64,000 nucleotides of DNA, from assembly GCA_964016885.1 (NCBI GenBank), contig OZ024740.1, positions 219,604,001-219,668,000 on the forward strand, in the 5' to 3' direction. The stretch is from Eledone cirrhosa. Taxonomy: Eukaryota. The notes beneath the pieces were generated by a model. It did no database searches. It saw only the letters and a list, made by a program, of their open reading frames with translations, and was not told the DNA's origin. Positions within the stretch are counted from its first letter, which is position 1. Each line of letters starts with the position of its first letter. A program made the position numbers and the translations under genes. Of the stretch, positions 26,240 to 38,404 are shown in pieces.

Positions 26240-26825
26240 AAAGTAAACTCTGTAAATATGCCACTATAAAATTCACTCAATGAACTTTTTAAAGTGGTAG
26301 TGCTGGTGGCACAATAAAAGACACCCAGTACACTCTGTAAAGTGGTAGTGCAGGTGCCACTATAAACTGCACCCAGAACAATTAGTAAAGTGATTGTGCT
26401 GGTGCCACAATAAAAAGCACCTCAAAACACTCTGTAAAGGGGTAGTGATTGTGCCACAATAAAATGTACCCAGAACACTCTGTAAAGTGGTAATGCTTAT
26501 TCAACAATAAAAGACACCCAGTACACTCTGTAAAATGGTAATGCTAGAACCACTATAAAATGCACCCAGTCAACTCTGTAAAGTGGTAGTGCTGGTGCCA
26601 TAACAAAATGCACCCAGTCAACTCTGTAAAGTGGTAGTGCTGGTACCACAATAAAATTCACCCACAACACTTCGTAAAGTGGTAGTACAAGGGCCAATAT
26701 AAAATGAACCTAGGCACTCTGTAAAGTGATAGTGTTGGTGCTACAATACAATGCACCCAGTCAACTCTGCAAAGTGGTAGTACTGGTGACTTGATAAAAT
26801 GCACCCAGTACACTCTATAAAATGG
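26240..26825 (+). repeat. About 48 bp minisatellite, roughly 12 diverged units
   Basis: Unit approx. taaaatgcacccagtacactctgtaaagtggtagtgctggtgccacaa; shorter array at 18045-18230. Confidence 0.88.
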
Positions 26826-27719
26826 TTGACATTAGAAAGGGCATTAGACCATAGAAACTATGCCAAATATGGAATGTATTAGCCAAAAGTGTTTCTCCAC
26901 TGTTGAGTTTCAAACCATGATATCCTGTCCTACAGATACCAGAATGGAAAACCCAGCATAAGATAATGATGACAATGATGATGATGATAAACACTTTAAA
27001 ATATACAGATTTGTATGATAGAACCAGAAATGGTTTCAGGCAGTTCAGTATAAAAAGGGTTAATAATGAAAACACTCACCTTATTGAATTCATTCATCTT
27101 CCTTCAGCTGTTTCCTATTTCCTGATTAGTTTCCTCTATTTTTTTCCCCCATTTTCCACAGTAACTGTGAATTACCGTTTATATGTCATTTGGTTTCTAT
27201 TCAATGATTCATTGATTTCTTTTGCTTTATGTGTGTGTGTGAGTGATTTGCAGTTCTTTCACTATCTCAATATAACATTTCTACCCTCTCCCTGCTGCTG
27301 GTACCTTTCAACCTCTACCATCATCATCATCAGTTCCATTTACATTTTTCTGTCCTCCTATCATACTGATATTGGTGAAGTCATTAATTACAATTGCTAT
27401 TCCTAGCACATGTTTTTATGTTCTGTCCCCTAAAATGTATATGTATATATATATATATATGAAATAACTATATATCTATGTTTCTCTTGCTCTCTCTCTC
27501 TCTCTACTATATATATATATATATTCTCTCCCTTATATATATAGTGTTTAACAATAAATTAGTTAATTTATTCGGATTTTTTAGAGTCCCCTATCCTGAG
27601 CTCAGAACTCTCCTACATGATAAGAATCTCCCCAGAAGTAACTCCATTACAATATGGCAGACTGAATGTGTTGGTATGAAAACCAATGACATTTCAGTAT
27701 CCGTGCAAAGCCTGTCGTG

Positions 27720-27760
<41 letters not shown>

Positions 27761-27859
27761 AGAACAAAAGATGGTTAAAGGAGTTCCATGTATTTTATTA
27801 TGCGCATTTCAATATATATATATCATCATCATCGATGATATATATATATATATATATAT

Positions 27860-28405
27860 ATATCATCATCATCATCATCATCATCATCGTTTAACGTCCA
27901 TATTCCATGCTTGCATAGGTTTGGACAGGAGTTTTCCCACTTGAGGCAAGATTTGTTGACTTGCTCGTATAGGACTGTCTGGCGGGTTTCCTACAGCTGG
28001 ATGCCCTTCCTAACACCAACCACATTTACAGTGTGGAACTGGGAGGTTTTTACCGTGTTACCTACACGGTCACATTACAGCGTGGATTGTGTGTTTTTTT
28101 GTCGTGACACCTACACGACCTCATTTGTTTCGGGCTGGATGTTGTGGTACCAACATAAAAACATTGAAGGGGTGGTGTGGATGGGGTGGGGGTAGTGGGG
28201 TGGGGTGTATTTTGTTAGAGGTGCCTACTGACTGTAGTAGGTTTCACTTTGTACTTAGGTAAGGCGGGTCTTCTCTATTACTGTGTAGCGCCAAAGCTCT
28301 CGGTCCAGTGACATTGTCTTGGAGAGGTGTAAGTGTGTGAGGTCGGAATTTATCAAGTCATCCCAGGTTTTTCTGGATCTGCCTACTCCGTGGCTACCGT
28401 CAATT
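27860..28405 (-). mobile_element. RTE 3' end (ORF tail plus 3' UTR)
   Basis: HGVGRSRKTWDDLINSDLTHL remnant and (CAT)n tail; related 3' UTR copies at 38415-38750, 46026-46203, 60868-61200. Confidence 0.8.
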
Positions 28406-28417
28406 TTATATATATAT

Positions 28418-28765
28418 GGAGGCACATGGCTTAGTGGTTAGAGCATTGGCCTTGCAATCGAAAGGTTGTGAGTTCAATTCTCAGACAGGGTGATGTGTTG
28501 TTTCCTTGAGCAAGGCACTTTATTTCACATTGCTCCAGTTTACTCAGCTGTAGAAATGAGATGATAGGGACTGCGGTCCCTATCATTCCACTGCAAAGTA
28601 GTCGTGGAGGGGACACGGCAAAAAAGCACCCAGCACTCACTGTAAATGAGGTTGGTGTTAGGAAGGGCATCCAGCTGTAGAAATCAAGCCAGAATCAGTT
28701 CCTGTCCCACCCTTGCAAGCAGGGAAAAAGCGGACGTAAAATGATGATGATGATGATGATGATGA
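28418..28765 (+). mobile_element. tRNA-derived SINE family A, full length
   Basis: A box TGGCTTAGTGG, B box GAGTTCAATTC, central ccttgagcaaggcacttt domain, 3' end cccttgcaagcagggaaaaagcggacgtaaaa(TGA)n shared with RTE. Confidence 0.9.
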
Positions 28766-28904
28766 TATATTGTTACACTTTGGAAGGGTCATTCTACCAA
28801 TAAAAACACATGCACCTATTGGTTTTCACTACAATTTATATACTACTAAAACTCTGTGTGATTGCTTGCCTGCTTGTCTGTAATGTAATACAGCCAAAAG
28901 GGCG

Positions 28905-30670
28905 CATAATGGGAAAATACTTTTAAAGGAAGTTGACTCTGATAATGATGGTGTACTTGCCCTCACTGATACTGATAAGAAGGTAGCTTGGAAGTGTCAC
29001 TACGAGAGACTAGATAGTCTGCCCCAAATCGATCCAATAGAGGGACCAGTGGTGCAAGTTAAAGGTAGTATAATAAGTAAGGCAATCAAAGATATGAAGA
29101 CAGGCAAGGCAGCTGGGCCTTCGGAGATAGTTGCTGAGATGTTGAAAGCATCTGGAATGGTGGGACATACTATGGGCACCTGGATAGTAAACCAAGTAAT
29201 ACAGAATTACAAGGGTAAAGGAGATGCTCTAGATAGGGGAAACTATAGAGGCATTAAGTTAGTTGACCAGGTCATGAAGGTCACAGAAAGAGTTATAGCG
29301 CAACTAATCAGAGAGCGAATTGATCTAGATGAAATGCAGTTTGGGTTTGTGTCAGGTAAAAGTACCACAGAAGCTCTTTTCCTTGTACGACAACTACAGG
29401 AGAAGTACCTAGCTAAAAGTAAACCCCTCTATTTAGTTTTTGTTGACTTGGAGAAAGCCTTTGACAGAGTCCCCCCGCTCCATTATCTGGTGGGCTCTTA
29501 GAAAGCTAGGTGAATGGCTTGTGAGAGCTATACAAGCCATGTATAAAGAAACCGTTAACAATGAATATAGTGAAGAATTTAGCATAAAAGTTGGTGTTCA
29601 TCAAGGCTCTGTTCTTAGCCCTCTCCTATTTATTATTACCCTTTAGGCTATAACAGAGGAGTTTCAGACCGGCTGCCCATGGGAACTTCTATACGCAGAT
29701 GATCTAACTCTCATAATTGAATCTATGGCTGAACTAGAGAAGAAATTCCAAACATCGAAGCATGGCCTAGAATCAAAATGCCTTAAAGTTAACTTGTCTG
29801 AGACTAAAGTTCTAGTATGTAGGAAGGAAAATAGGGCACAGGAAATGACCATGCTCAGTGTGTAGGAAAGGAGTAGGCAGAAATTCCATTTTATGTCCCA
29901 AATGCAAACTATGGGTACATAAAAGATGTAGTGGGATCACAGGTAAGCTATCTAAGAACATATATTTTATATGTGGCCGATGATCAGGTGCAATAAGTAG
30001 CAAGTGCCCACAGGATACTAGCTCCTTCTATTACCCAGATGGTTCTATAGAAATAGTGGACACTTTCCCTTACCTGGGTGACAAAATCAGCAGTGGTGGA
30101 GGGTGCTCTGAAAGTACAGTAGCTAGAGTCAGAATGGGATGGAAAAAGTTCAGAGAGCTTATACCGCTGTTGGCCACAAAAGGTTTCTCTCTAAAAATGA
30201 AAGGCAGATTGTATGATGCCTGTATACGAACAGCAATGTGACATGGCAGTGAGACATTGCATGCAGAGGACCTGCGCAGAGTGAAAAGGAATGAAGCATG
30301 CATGCTCCGTTTGATGTGTAATAGTAATATACGTGAACGGCAAAACATAAATGAACTAAGTGAGAAATTAGGAATAAGAGGAATCAGATGCTGTTTACTC
30401 GAGAGAAGACTACGTTGGTATGGTCACGTGATGCACATGAAAGACGACAGCTGTATAAAAAAGTGCAGGGCGATCAAAATTGATGGTAGTTATGGAGTAG
30501 GTAGACCCAGAAAAACCTGGGACGATTTGATAAATTCCGACCTTACACACTACTCTCCAAGACAATGTCACTGGACCAAGATCTTTGACGCCACGCAGTA
30601 ATACAGAAGACCCGTCTAACTGATGCTAGCGTGGAAGATAGACGTTAAACAATGATGATGATGATGATGA
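28905..30670 (+). mobile_element. RTE LINE, decayed reverse transcriptase half with 3' tail
   Basis: MKTGKAAGPS, NYRGIKL, QFGF, FVDLEKAFDRVP, GVHQGSVLSPLLF, LYADDL, FPYLGD, RRLRWYGHV; frameshifts and stops; (GAT)n tail. Confidence 0.92.
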
Positions 30671-30909
30671 TATATATATATATATATATATATAGTATTT
30701 ACGTATCGAGAAAGAGAAAAAAAGGGGGGATAGGTGATACATATAGTTATTTGCCAAGTAGCGTATGCCAAAGGTGCTCGATACTAGTGCCGGCAGTATT
30801 GAATATTCAAAGTGTTAATATTTAGTGGGCTAGAGAGTTAGCAGAGCGTAAGCACGTGGGAAAGTAAAAAATCGGGGAATAGACCGTTAAAACATGTTTA
30901 TTTAAAATA

Positions 30910-30950
30910 TCACCTACGTACGTTTCGCCCAGTTGGGCTTCTCAAGGGCA
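30910..30950 (-). ncRNA. Minimal hammerhead (U3-A8 core variant) in the Penelope 3' pseudo-LTR
   Basis: TTGAGAA gccc-aact-gggc GAAA CGTACG TA; palindromic stem III ACGTACGT; GUA triplet; weak stem I. Confidence 0.75.
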
Positions 30951-31102
30951 TAAATAATCACAAGTGTTCCTTATATTGCTCGGAAAGAGTTTTTGGGGTT
31001 AAATCCACATCAAGGTTCATTGCTCGCAAAAATATCTTGTTTTGATTTTGCAGCAGGTCAAGGGAGGTAACTCTGGCCGGTGTTAGGGCAGTCTTTCCCG
31101 GA

Positions 31103-31134
<32 letters not shown>

Positions 31135-31253
31135 GCCGCATCTGTTTGTCTGAGGCTGGGTCTGGTATGCAAGGATTGTTTCCTGGGTGTTATTTTGCAG
31201 CGCCTGCCCGCCGGGGTGTTAAGACTTGTTGCAGGGAGATCCAGTGTACTATT

Positions 31254-33989
31254 TCACTCTTCATCCTTAACCCATCTGAAGAAGGATATTTTTAAGCGAT
31301 GTGTACAACTTATCGCTGTTTCAGCTCTGCTGTTGATGAGCTCGTGGGGTGCAGTTATGATGTGGTAGAGCTCCATGAGGCAAAGATCGCATTTCCTCTT
31401 GAAGTTGTACGGTGCAGCCCTGCCGACAATCTCCCAGTGCGTGGAGAAGCTGATGTTTAAGTCCTTTAGTGATGTGATGTAGTCCGCGAGCGAAGTGGAG
31501 TGCCTTAGTTTTCTATTTGTGAAAGAGTGGAGATGTGTTCGAAACCTAATTTTGAACGGGCCGGAGGTGGCCCATATATAATGTTTAACGCTATTGTGGC
31601 TAGTAATAGTGCATCTATATATAACCCTATCAGTCAAGCAGTATCCTCTAAGGGGGCAGCGTCCTCTGTCGCGGCAGTTGCAATTTCTGTTGCGGTTCCG
31701 TCTATTTCCCACAGTAAGGCTATCATTGTTGCTGCCTACGTTGTTACCTACGCTACCGCAGCTGTCGTTGGCACAATTACAACCCACAGCATGCGGGATG
31801 GTGCGATTGTTATTCCGCACGTCATGTTCTGCATGTTCCCCAGTCATTTCGCGGTCATTCTGGTTGCATCTGCGGATGCCGTTGCCAACACTATTGGATG
31901 CTGCCAGGGAGTTGTTAAGGCCGATATAGTTATTGTCAGGTGTAGGTGCGTCTGTGTCGAGGTGCTGTGTCTTGGTGATCTTACTGTGGTTCGTTGTTCC
32001 TATGATGTCTACTAGGTTAGGAGTAGTAGAGAAGGATATTTTTATATTGTTCCTATTAAGAATTTTTCTATACCTATGGTTGGGCGGGAAGTTCTTCTCT
32101 AAGGCTTCGAAGAACATCCGGGGTATGTCGGAGGCCACACTCCGAGAGTAGGGGGGGTGGGTGGAACCATAGGACGTTACGGTGGCGATTACGTGTCCTT
32201 GTACTTTTGCTACGGGTGGTTCCATCTAAGTGACCGCTCTTATGTGTGTTAATGCGCAGTCGCCCGTTCGGTGCCCCTTTCACTTTATGCTCGGGTGCAC
32301 TCTTTCTACCTCTTCCATGTTTATGTACACGAAGATGTTGGTTGGAAGGCGTTGGTAGTAGGCCGTCGCCTTTGTTGGTTTTGTAATAGGGGAATAGTTT
32401 GAGTAATCTACAGTATTCACCGTCGCCAGGGGCGTGATCTTTGGTGCGGTTATCTATTCTATTATATCCGACTTCAACGAGGTCGCCGTGTGATCGGTTA
32501 TAGGTATGGCTTACTATAACGTTAGTTTTATGAGGGGGGTGGTTTCTAGAGCTAGCGTTAGGGATGTAGGAAATTCCTCGGTTAAAGCCAGCGCTTATCA
32601 GGGCCCTATTGTAGTAATCAGCTGCTTGGTTGAAGATATCCTCATTGGCGGATAGCCTCGAGATTCTATGTGAGATACTATAGACTATGGAGTTGAGAGT
32701 CTGCTTAGGGTGGTTGGAGGCATAATTAATATAAGAGAGGCACTCTCCAGGCTTATGGTATGGCTTGTATAAGCCCGTACTCAACTCCAGGGTCACGTCC
32801 AGGAAGTTGACAACCCTGTGGTTGAGGTCCATAGTTATGGATAGGCCGTATGACTTAAAGAACCTGTGTATATGTTTGTTAAGGTTCTCTATCCTACGGG
32901 GGCTATGGTTCCTAACGGTAAACAGGGCGTCGTCCCTATATACACCTCTTTGTAGGGCCGGTATTTCTTCCCTAAGCTTATGTAGGAGGTATATCCCGAC
33001 CAGGTCAGTTGCTTGCGCTGAGTCACTGGACCCCATCGTGACATCAAAGTTATCAGGACGGTTGGTTCTGGTCCAGTGGGAACCTTCGAACTGGATAATG
33101 GTTCTACGTGCCGCTAGAATTATGTCTATTTCTTTTTTAGTGAGGCTAGTGTTAGATCTAGCTAAGATAAGTGCCTTATTTAAGAGTATGGGGGAGATAG
33201 AGGCGTAGTAGCTATCTATATCAAACTGGATGAATTTCAGGGTGGCTTTATCCGGCAACTCGGTGAACCAATTTATGACCTGGTCGGTGTTGCCCCAGAG
33301 GCAGACCTTAGCCTTTCTATTAAGCTGGAGTAGTACTCTGTCGAGGATCACTTTACTAGTCTTACCTATATCTGATGTAGAGGGGCATATTAGTCTAATA
33401 GAGGGGCTTTCATTAAAGTCATATTTGTGATCCTTAAGAGAGAATTTAGGCGTCAGAGGGACGTACGGGTTAGTGTACTTTTCTTTTCTAAGCTGGTGAC
33501 TATATCCTTCCCTACTCTATTTATGTCATTTAGGGTACTAGAGGGTGTCTTTTTGTAGTCTTTGTGTAGTTCCTTATAGATGAATTTTTTATACTCACTC
33601 GCGTCCATCTTGTACAGCTTTTTGGTTTTGTCGGAGGTGACGAAGAGGTGCGGGTCATTCTTGATCTTAGTTATTAGTGTATCAAGGGACGTTAAGAATG
33701 GATTGCTGCATTGGTGTTTCTTTCTGAGCTTAACGTTTTTGATCATTTTCAGCAGGTCCTCTTCAAAGGAGTCCAGTAAGGTGTTGTGCGGTGGGTTTCG
33801 GTATGTTTTGAAGCCATACTTCTCTTTGGGTTCAGGAAGGTTACGGGTGTTCTTATCTAGGTGGTAGGCCTTCCATCTGACTCTCCGTATAAACGAATTA
33901 GTAGCGTCTATAAGCAGTTTAAGGTAGGTTTTTCTGCTGGGTAAGGGGATACACTTGAGAGACATGGGTAACGGCTGGTTCTCCAACAT
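31254..33989 (-). pseudogene. Penelope RT-GIY-YIG polyprotein split by two single-base frameshifts
   Basis: SLKCIPLPS...FIRRVRWKA; LKDHK...RLICP; FDIDSYY; VTMGSSDS; YRDD; NFLDVTL; SNHP; WFHPP(YS); CNCR...CPL; VIYRC...HYIW; KCDLCL. Shifts near 33480-33490 (AGAAAAGAAAAG) and 32150-32160 (poly-C on the - strand). Confidence 0.9.
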
Positions 33990-34247
33990 AATGGCAAATA
34001 AGGTGAGATGCTCTACAAAAGGAGCACGGTAATATAGTATTTACGTATCGAGAAAGAGAAAAAAAGGGGGGATAGGTGATACATATAGTTATTTGCCAAG
34101 TAGCGTATGCCAAAGGTGCTCGATACTAGTGCCGGCAGTATTAAATATTCAAAGTGTTAATATTTAGTGGGCTAGAGAGTTAGCAGAGCGTAAGCACGTG
34201 GGAAAGTAAAAAATCCGAGCAATATAAGGAACACTTGTGATTATTTA

Positions 34248-34288
34248 TGCCCTTGAGAAGCCCAACTGGGCGAAACGTACGTAGGTGA
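34248..34288 (+). ncRNA. Inverted copy of the Penelope hammerhead
   Basis: TTGAGAA 34253-34259, GAAA 34272-34275, GTA 34281-34283. Confidence 0.75.
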
Positions 34289-34343
34289 TATTTTAAATAA
34301 ACATGTTTTAACGGTCTATTCTCCGATTTTTTTACTTTCCCAC

Positions 34344-34391
<48 letters not shown>

Positions 34392-34842
34392 TCACATCAT
34401 CAGTTGTATATTTACCCTTCCATGGGTTGGATGGGACATTTTGAGTTAATGTTTTACAACCAGATGTTCTTCTTGACAGTAACCCTTTTAGTCATTTCAT
34501 AGAACACACAGGGATTACAGCATATCCTTTTAAGTTGGTGATATAACATGGACTCAGTGGTTAGTGTTAGGAAGGGCATGCAGCCATAGAAACTGAACCA
34601 AACCATAACAAAACAAAGTCTGCGTGTAGGATCTAGTCACATGATTGGTCTGGCTTCAGCACGTGACACACATCGAATTCATGAAAACTTGGAAAAATAA
34701 ATGTTAAACAATAATGATGATGGCAGTGATGATATGTGTGTGTGCGCGCGCACGTGCATGTGTGTGTATGTGTGGAAAAGCGGACATAAAATTGATGATG
34801 ATGATATATATATATATATATGTGTGTGTGTGTATGTATATA

Positions 34843-34919
<77 letters not shown>

Positions 34920-35073
34920 TTTAATCTGTTTTTCCCTGTGTATATAATCAAACAAAAATGTATTCATAACTAACCATTCATGATTTATTTGTAAATGTTT
35001 TGTTTTTATTTTCCAATTTCTTATATGTCTGTTAACTTTATGTTTCTTTGTTTTTTTCTTTCTGTTTTCACAG

Positions 35074-35149
35074 ACTTCATTTGAAACATGTATTGTATCA
35101 CAACTAGATAATAACTTCCGAACCGCTCTACACTGGGCAGCTGACCTTG
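35074..35149 (+). CDS. INVS: Inversin internal exon, TSFETCIVSQLDNNFRTALHWAADL(G)
   Basis: ttttcacag acceptor, GTAAGT donor at 35150; 76 nt, phase 0/1; continues the previous exon frame. Resembles inversin TSYESCNITSYDNLFRTPLHWAALLG. Absent from the ORF track. Confidence 0.92.
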
Positions 35150-35537
35150 GTAAGTCTCCGTGTTGTGTTGCATACTTTTCTGGGTTTTTTTTTTCCTTTT
35201 TAGCTTGACTGTCATGCATATCTGTGTGCATAAATATATATAAAATATATTGGCATTCAAACAATAACAATATAATGTAGCGAGTACTTTTCAGTCATGT
35301 AAAGGATATGACAATCTCTCTAGTGTTGGTGCCATGACAACATGCTCGCAATACACTCTGTAAAATGGTTGGTATCAGGAAGGGCATTTAACCATAGAAA
35401 TTATGTCAAAAAAAGGAATGTGTTGGGTGATATGTCATTTCCCAACTCATCTAGGAGGACAAAGCTCAAGTAAAATACTGATTTGGTCTGTAACAACCTG
35501 TGCAACACTTGCCATCATGAAAAACATGTCAAATGAT

Positions 35538-35625
<88 letters not shown>

Positions 35626-35642
35626 TATCTATCAATCTATCA

Positions 35643-36495
35643 CAGGGGTCAGCAACCTTTTGGAGTGTGCGGGTACATTGCTATGCAGTGTCACTTTGGC
35701 AGGACATGATATCAAAATATAATAAATTTGCTCGTCCTCAGACTGCTCTTTCCAGAAGACTATACCTTAATCCTGGGATTTAAAGAAGAGCAATGAATTT
35801 TATGTGATATTACTTTTATGACATTCCTTACTACAAATAAAATACAGGCAGAAATCATAAATTGTTTAATGAAATACTCGTTATTGCCTGTAATTGGATA
35901 GCTTCTCTACACTAAGCGAAATATTTGTCATGGACAGGAGTAAAACATTATATAGATGGTCATCATGCAGCCTTGTTCTTAAATGATCTTTGTTATACTT
36001 CATTTTGGAAAAAAGTTGTTCACAGGTATACCCTCTATGAAATTATGATACTTGCATTTTGCATTATTCAAGAGATTTTTATACTTTCTACTTGGCAAAA
36101 CATATTTCTTGTAGAAGTCAGTGACTGATTCAGAATGAAATTTTGATTTCATTGTAAGTCAATCAACTCCAACTGATATTTTTTCTTCCACTGTTTCCAC
36201 ATCTGTTTCTTACGGAGACCCAAGTAATTTAAAGTGATGTCTGTACAAGCATATATACATGAATACATGCACATACAGTCCCCTTGACCTCAGTGTCTGA
36301 CTATTCTATCTGTCTAAATTTGATTGTTTGTTACTGTCAAGCAAAAAATTATCTTCAGCTAAGTGAGTCTTGTGGCTAGACATGTTCTCTAGTCGGTATT
36401 CTAATCCAAAATAATTCAAAGCATTTTCTCAGGGATTGCTTAGCCTAAGATCGAAACCTGTTGGTGGGCCGGACAAAAATTCTTTGCAGGCCGGT
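35643..36495. mobile_element. Partial hAT-type non-autonomous transposon
   Basis: 5' end caggggtcagcaacctttt; subterminal gggccggac...gcaggccgg near 36465-36495; terminal 3' TIR not found. Confidence 0.45.
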
Positions 36496-37129
36496 AAAGA
36501 CACTTATCCAACATGCCATTTAGTGGGATCAAACCTGCTACCTCACAGTAGTAAAGCAAATTTCTTAACCATTCAGCCATGCTGTATCCATGTTTTGAAA
36601 ATACTAAAATTTCGAACTGTCATAACTCTAAAGTAAGTGAAGATTGCATCTATTAAAAGAAGTTTTCACAGAGTTTTATAATATACATGTCAAAACTGAA
36701 ATAGATTGAGTGGATCATGGTCCCCCAACCAGTTTAGGAGGACAGTAGTTTTGATTAAGTACTAACGTGGTCTGTAACAACCTGTCCAACTCATACCAGT
36801 GTGGAAAAATGATGTAAAATCATGATGATGGTGATGATGATCATAATGGCAGTGACAACAGAAGCTACTCTTAACACTTTCATGTTCATATTTCTAGCAA
36901 CATCCTCATTATTTGAATTGACTAATGTAAAATTTAGAAGGATTTACTAAACGAATTAATTATTTCATTATCAAGATGGTATTTGTAAGATAATGTAATA
37001 AAAGGTTTTCGTATCAAATTATCTTAGATTTTTTATTTAAATAGGAACACTTTACATTCACATGAAGCTAAAGTGTTTCTAATCGGCATTCTGTCATCAG
37101 GGGAAGGGAGGTAGTATAAAAGCCAAACT

Positions 37130-37570
37130 CACTATCTTAAGTTCGATATTTGGGCCAATTCTTATCTATGATCATGAATCTTTAGTAATGACTGAAAAAA
37201 TATGATCATGAATACAAGTGGCCAAAATGGGGTTCCCCCGAAGGATCTATGGAATAACATTACTCAATAGAGTGCATAGCTCAGAGATCAGAGAGCCACT
37301 CCAAGTAGAGCAGTTACTTCTTCAAATTGAGTGGTCATAGCTTTGGTACTATAGACATGTGGTTAGAATGTCTCTGGAAAGAATTGCTGGACAGATTTTA
37401 TGGGCAAAAACCAACCGGCAGGAGACCCAAGGGTAAACCCTGAGCAAGATAGTTGGATAACATCCATGAGCTCGACTGGTTTTGCTTGATGGATCCAACC
37501 AGATCAATTGGAGGCTGTTACTTCTAACAGGACGCACTGGAAGGCCACCACGACCTTCTCAGGAATAAGT
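37130..37570 (+). mobile_element. Degenerate RTE-like LINE 3' end
   Basis: PILIYDHES, IQVAKMGF, RVHSSEIREPLQVE, LWYYRHVVRM remnants; related minus-strand piece at about 39600-39790. Confidence 0.65.
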
Positions 37571-38219
37571 GGGAGGAGGAGGAGGAGAAGAAGAAGAAGA
37601 AAAAGAAGAAGAAGAAGACTTTACAGTGGGTGTTTTTGTTTCATAGAACCAGCAGTGGTTTGGGGTGGGTAGGTATCAAAAGAGCTAGACAGTTAATTCC
37701 CGTTGACAACTAGAATGTTACCATCCTGGTCTCTTGGTTTTTGTAGTCTGAAGCCAAGAATAGGAAGGAAGTTAATGATTAGTTTCTATTCAGGCCACAG
37801 TCAGAACAACCACAACATAGATGCTGTGATTGAGAACATCAAAAAGTGTTGAAATTTCCACTACAGAACTAAAGTATGCCATCATAGTTAGTCAAAGAAG
37901 AAAAATATATAACATGGTATTTGATGTTGATCAAACTGTGACTTTTGAAATAACAAAACTTACCACAGACACTGTAATCAAGAAGAGACAAATCAAAATA
38001 ATGAAGTTACAAAAATGGTAAAATGGTTTAGTTTAATGGAACCAAGAGAACAAGGTGTCAAAGTAATGAAGAAGAAAAAGGAAAAGGTTTTAACCCATTT
38101 TATACCAAACTATCTAAAAAAATCGCCCTGGATTTATGACATAAAACTGCTCATTTTAAGATGGTTATCCTTCCATCATAATCTTATTTCAGAATATTTT
38201 GTTAAGTAATGCTTTATAT

Positions 38220-38404
38220 AAGTGGTTCCAAAAGGGGGTTCTGCAGAACCCAGGGGTTGCACAAAGGAGTGTCTAGGGTTCCATGAAAAAAGGTAGAGGA
38301 GTATATTTATATTATGACCATATAACAGTATTAGACTTTGGGGTTCCCTCAAAAGTTTCTGAACCAAAAAGGGTTCTGCATTTGAAAAAGTTTGGGAAAC
38401 CCTG
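38220..38404. mobile_element. hAT MITE
   Basis: Ends aagtggttccaaa / tttgggaaaccctg; 8 bp TSD ctttatat / ctctatat. Confidence 0.75.

Larger units (their letters stand above)
30690..34345 (-). mobile_element. Penelope-like retroelement, near full length, inserted in (AT)n
   Basis: RT followed by GIY-YIG; direct repeat 30690-30873 vs 34032-34215 (one substitution seen); inverted segment 34214-34345 equals reverse complement of 30854-30984; (AT)n on both flanks. Confidence 0.95.

Noticed and set aside
26240-26825. CRISPR-like regular repeats
   Set aside because: Units are contiguous with no unique spacers, the context is eukaryotic and there are no cas genes.
28418-28490. tRNA-like sequence with A and B boxes
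   Set aside because: No closed acceptor stem; it runs into a repeated SINE body, so it is a SINE head.
31527-33208. Plus-strand ORFs of 111-162 aa
   Set aside because: Antisense shadows of the Penelope ORF.
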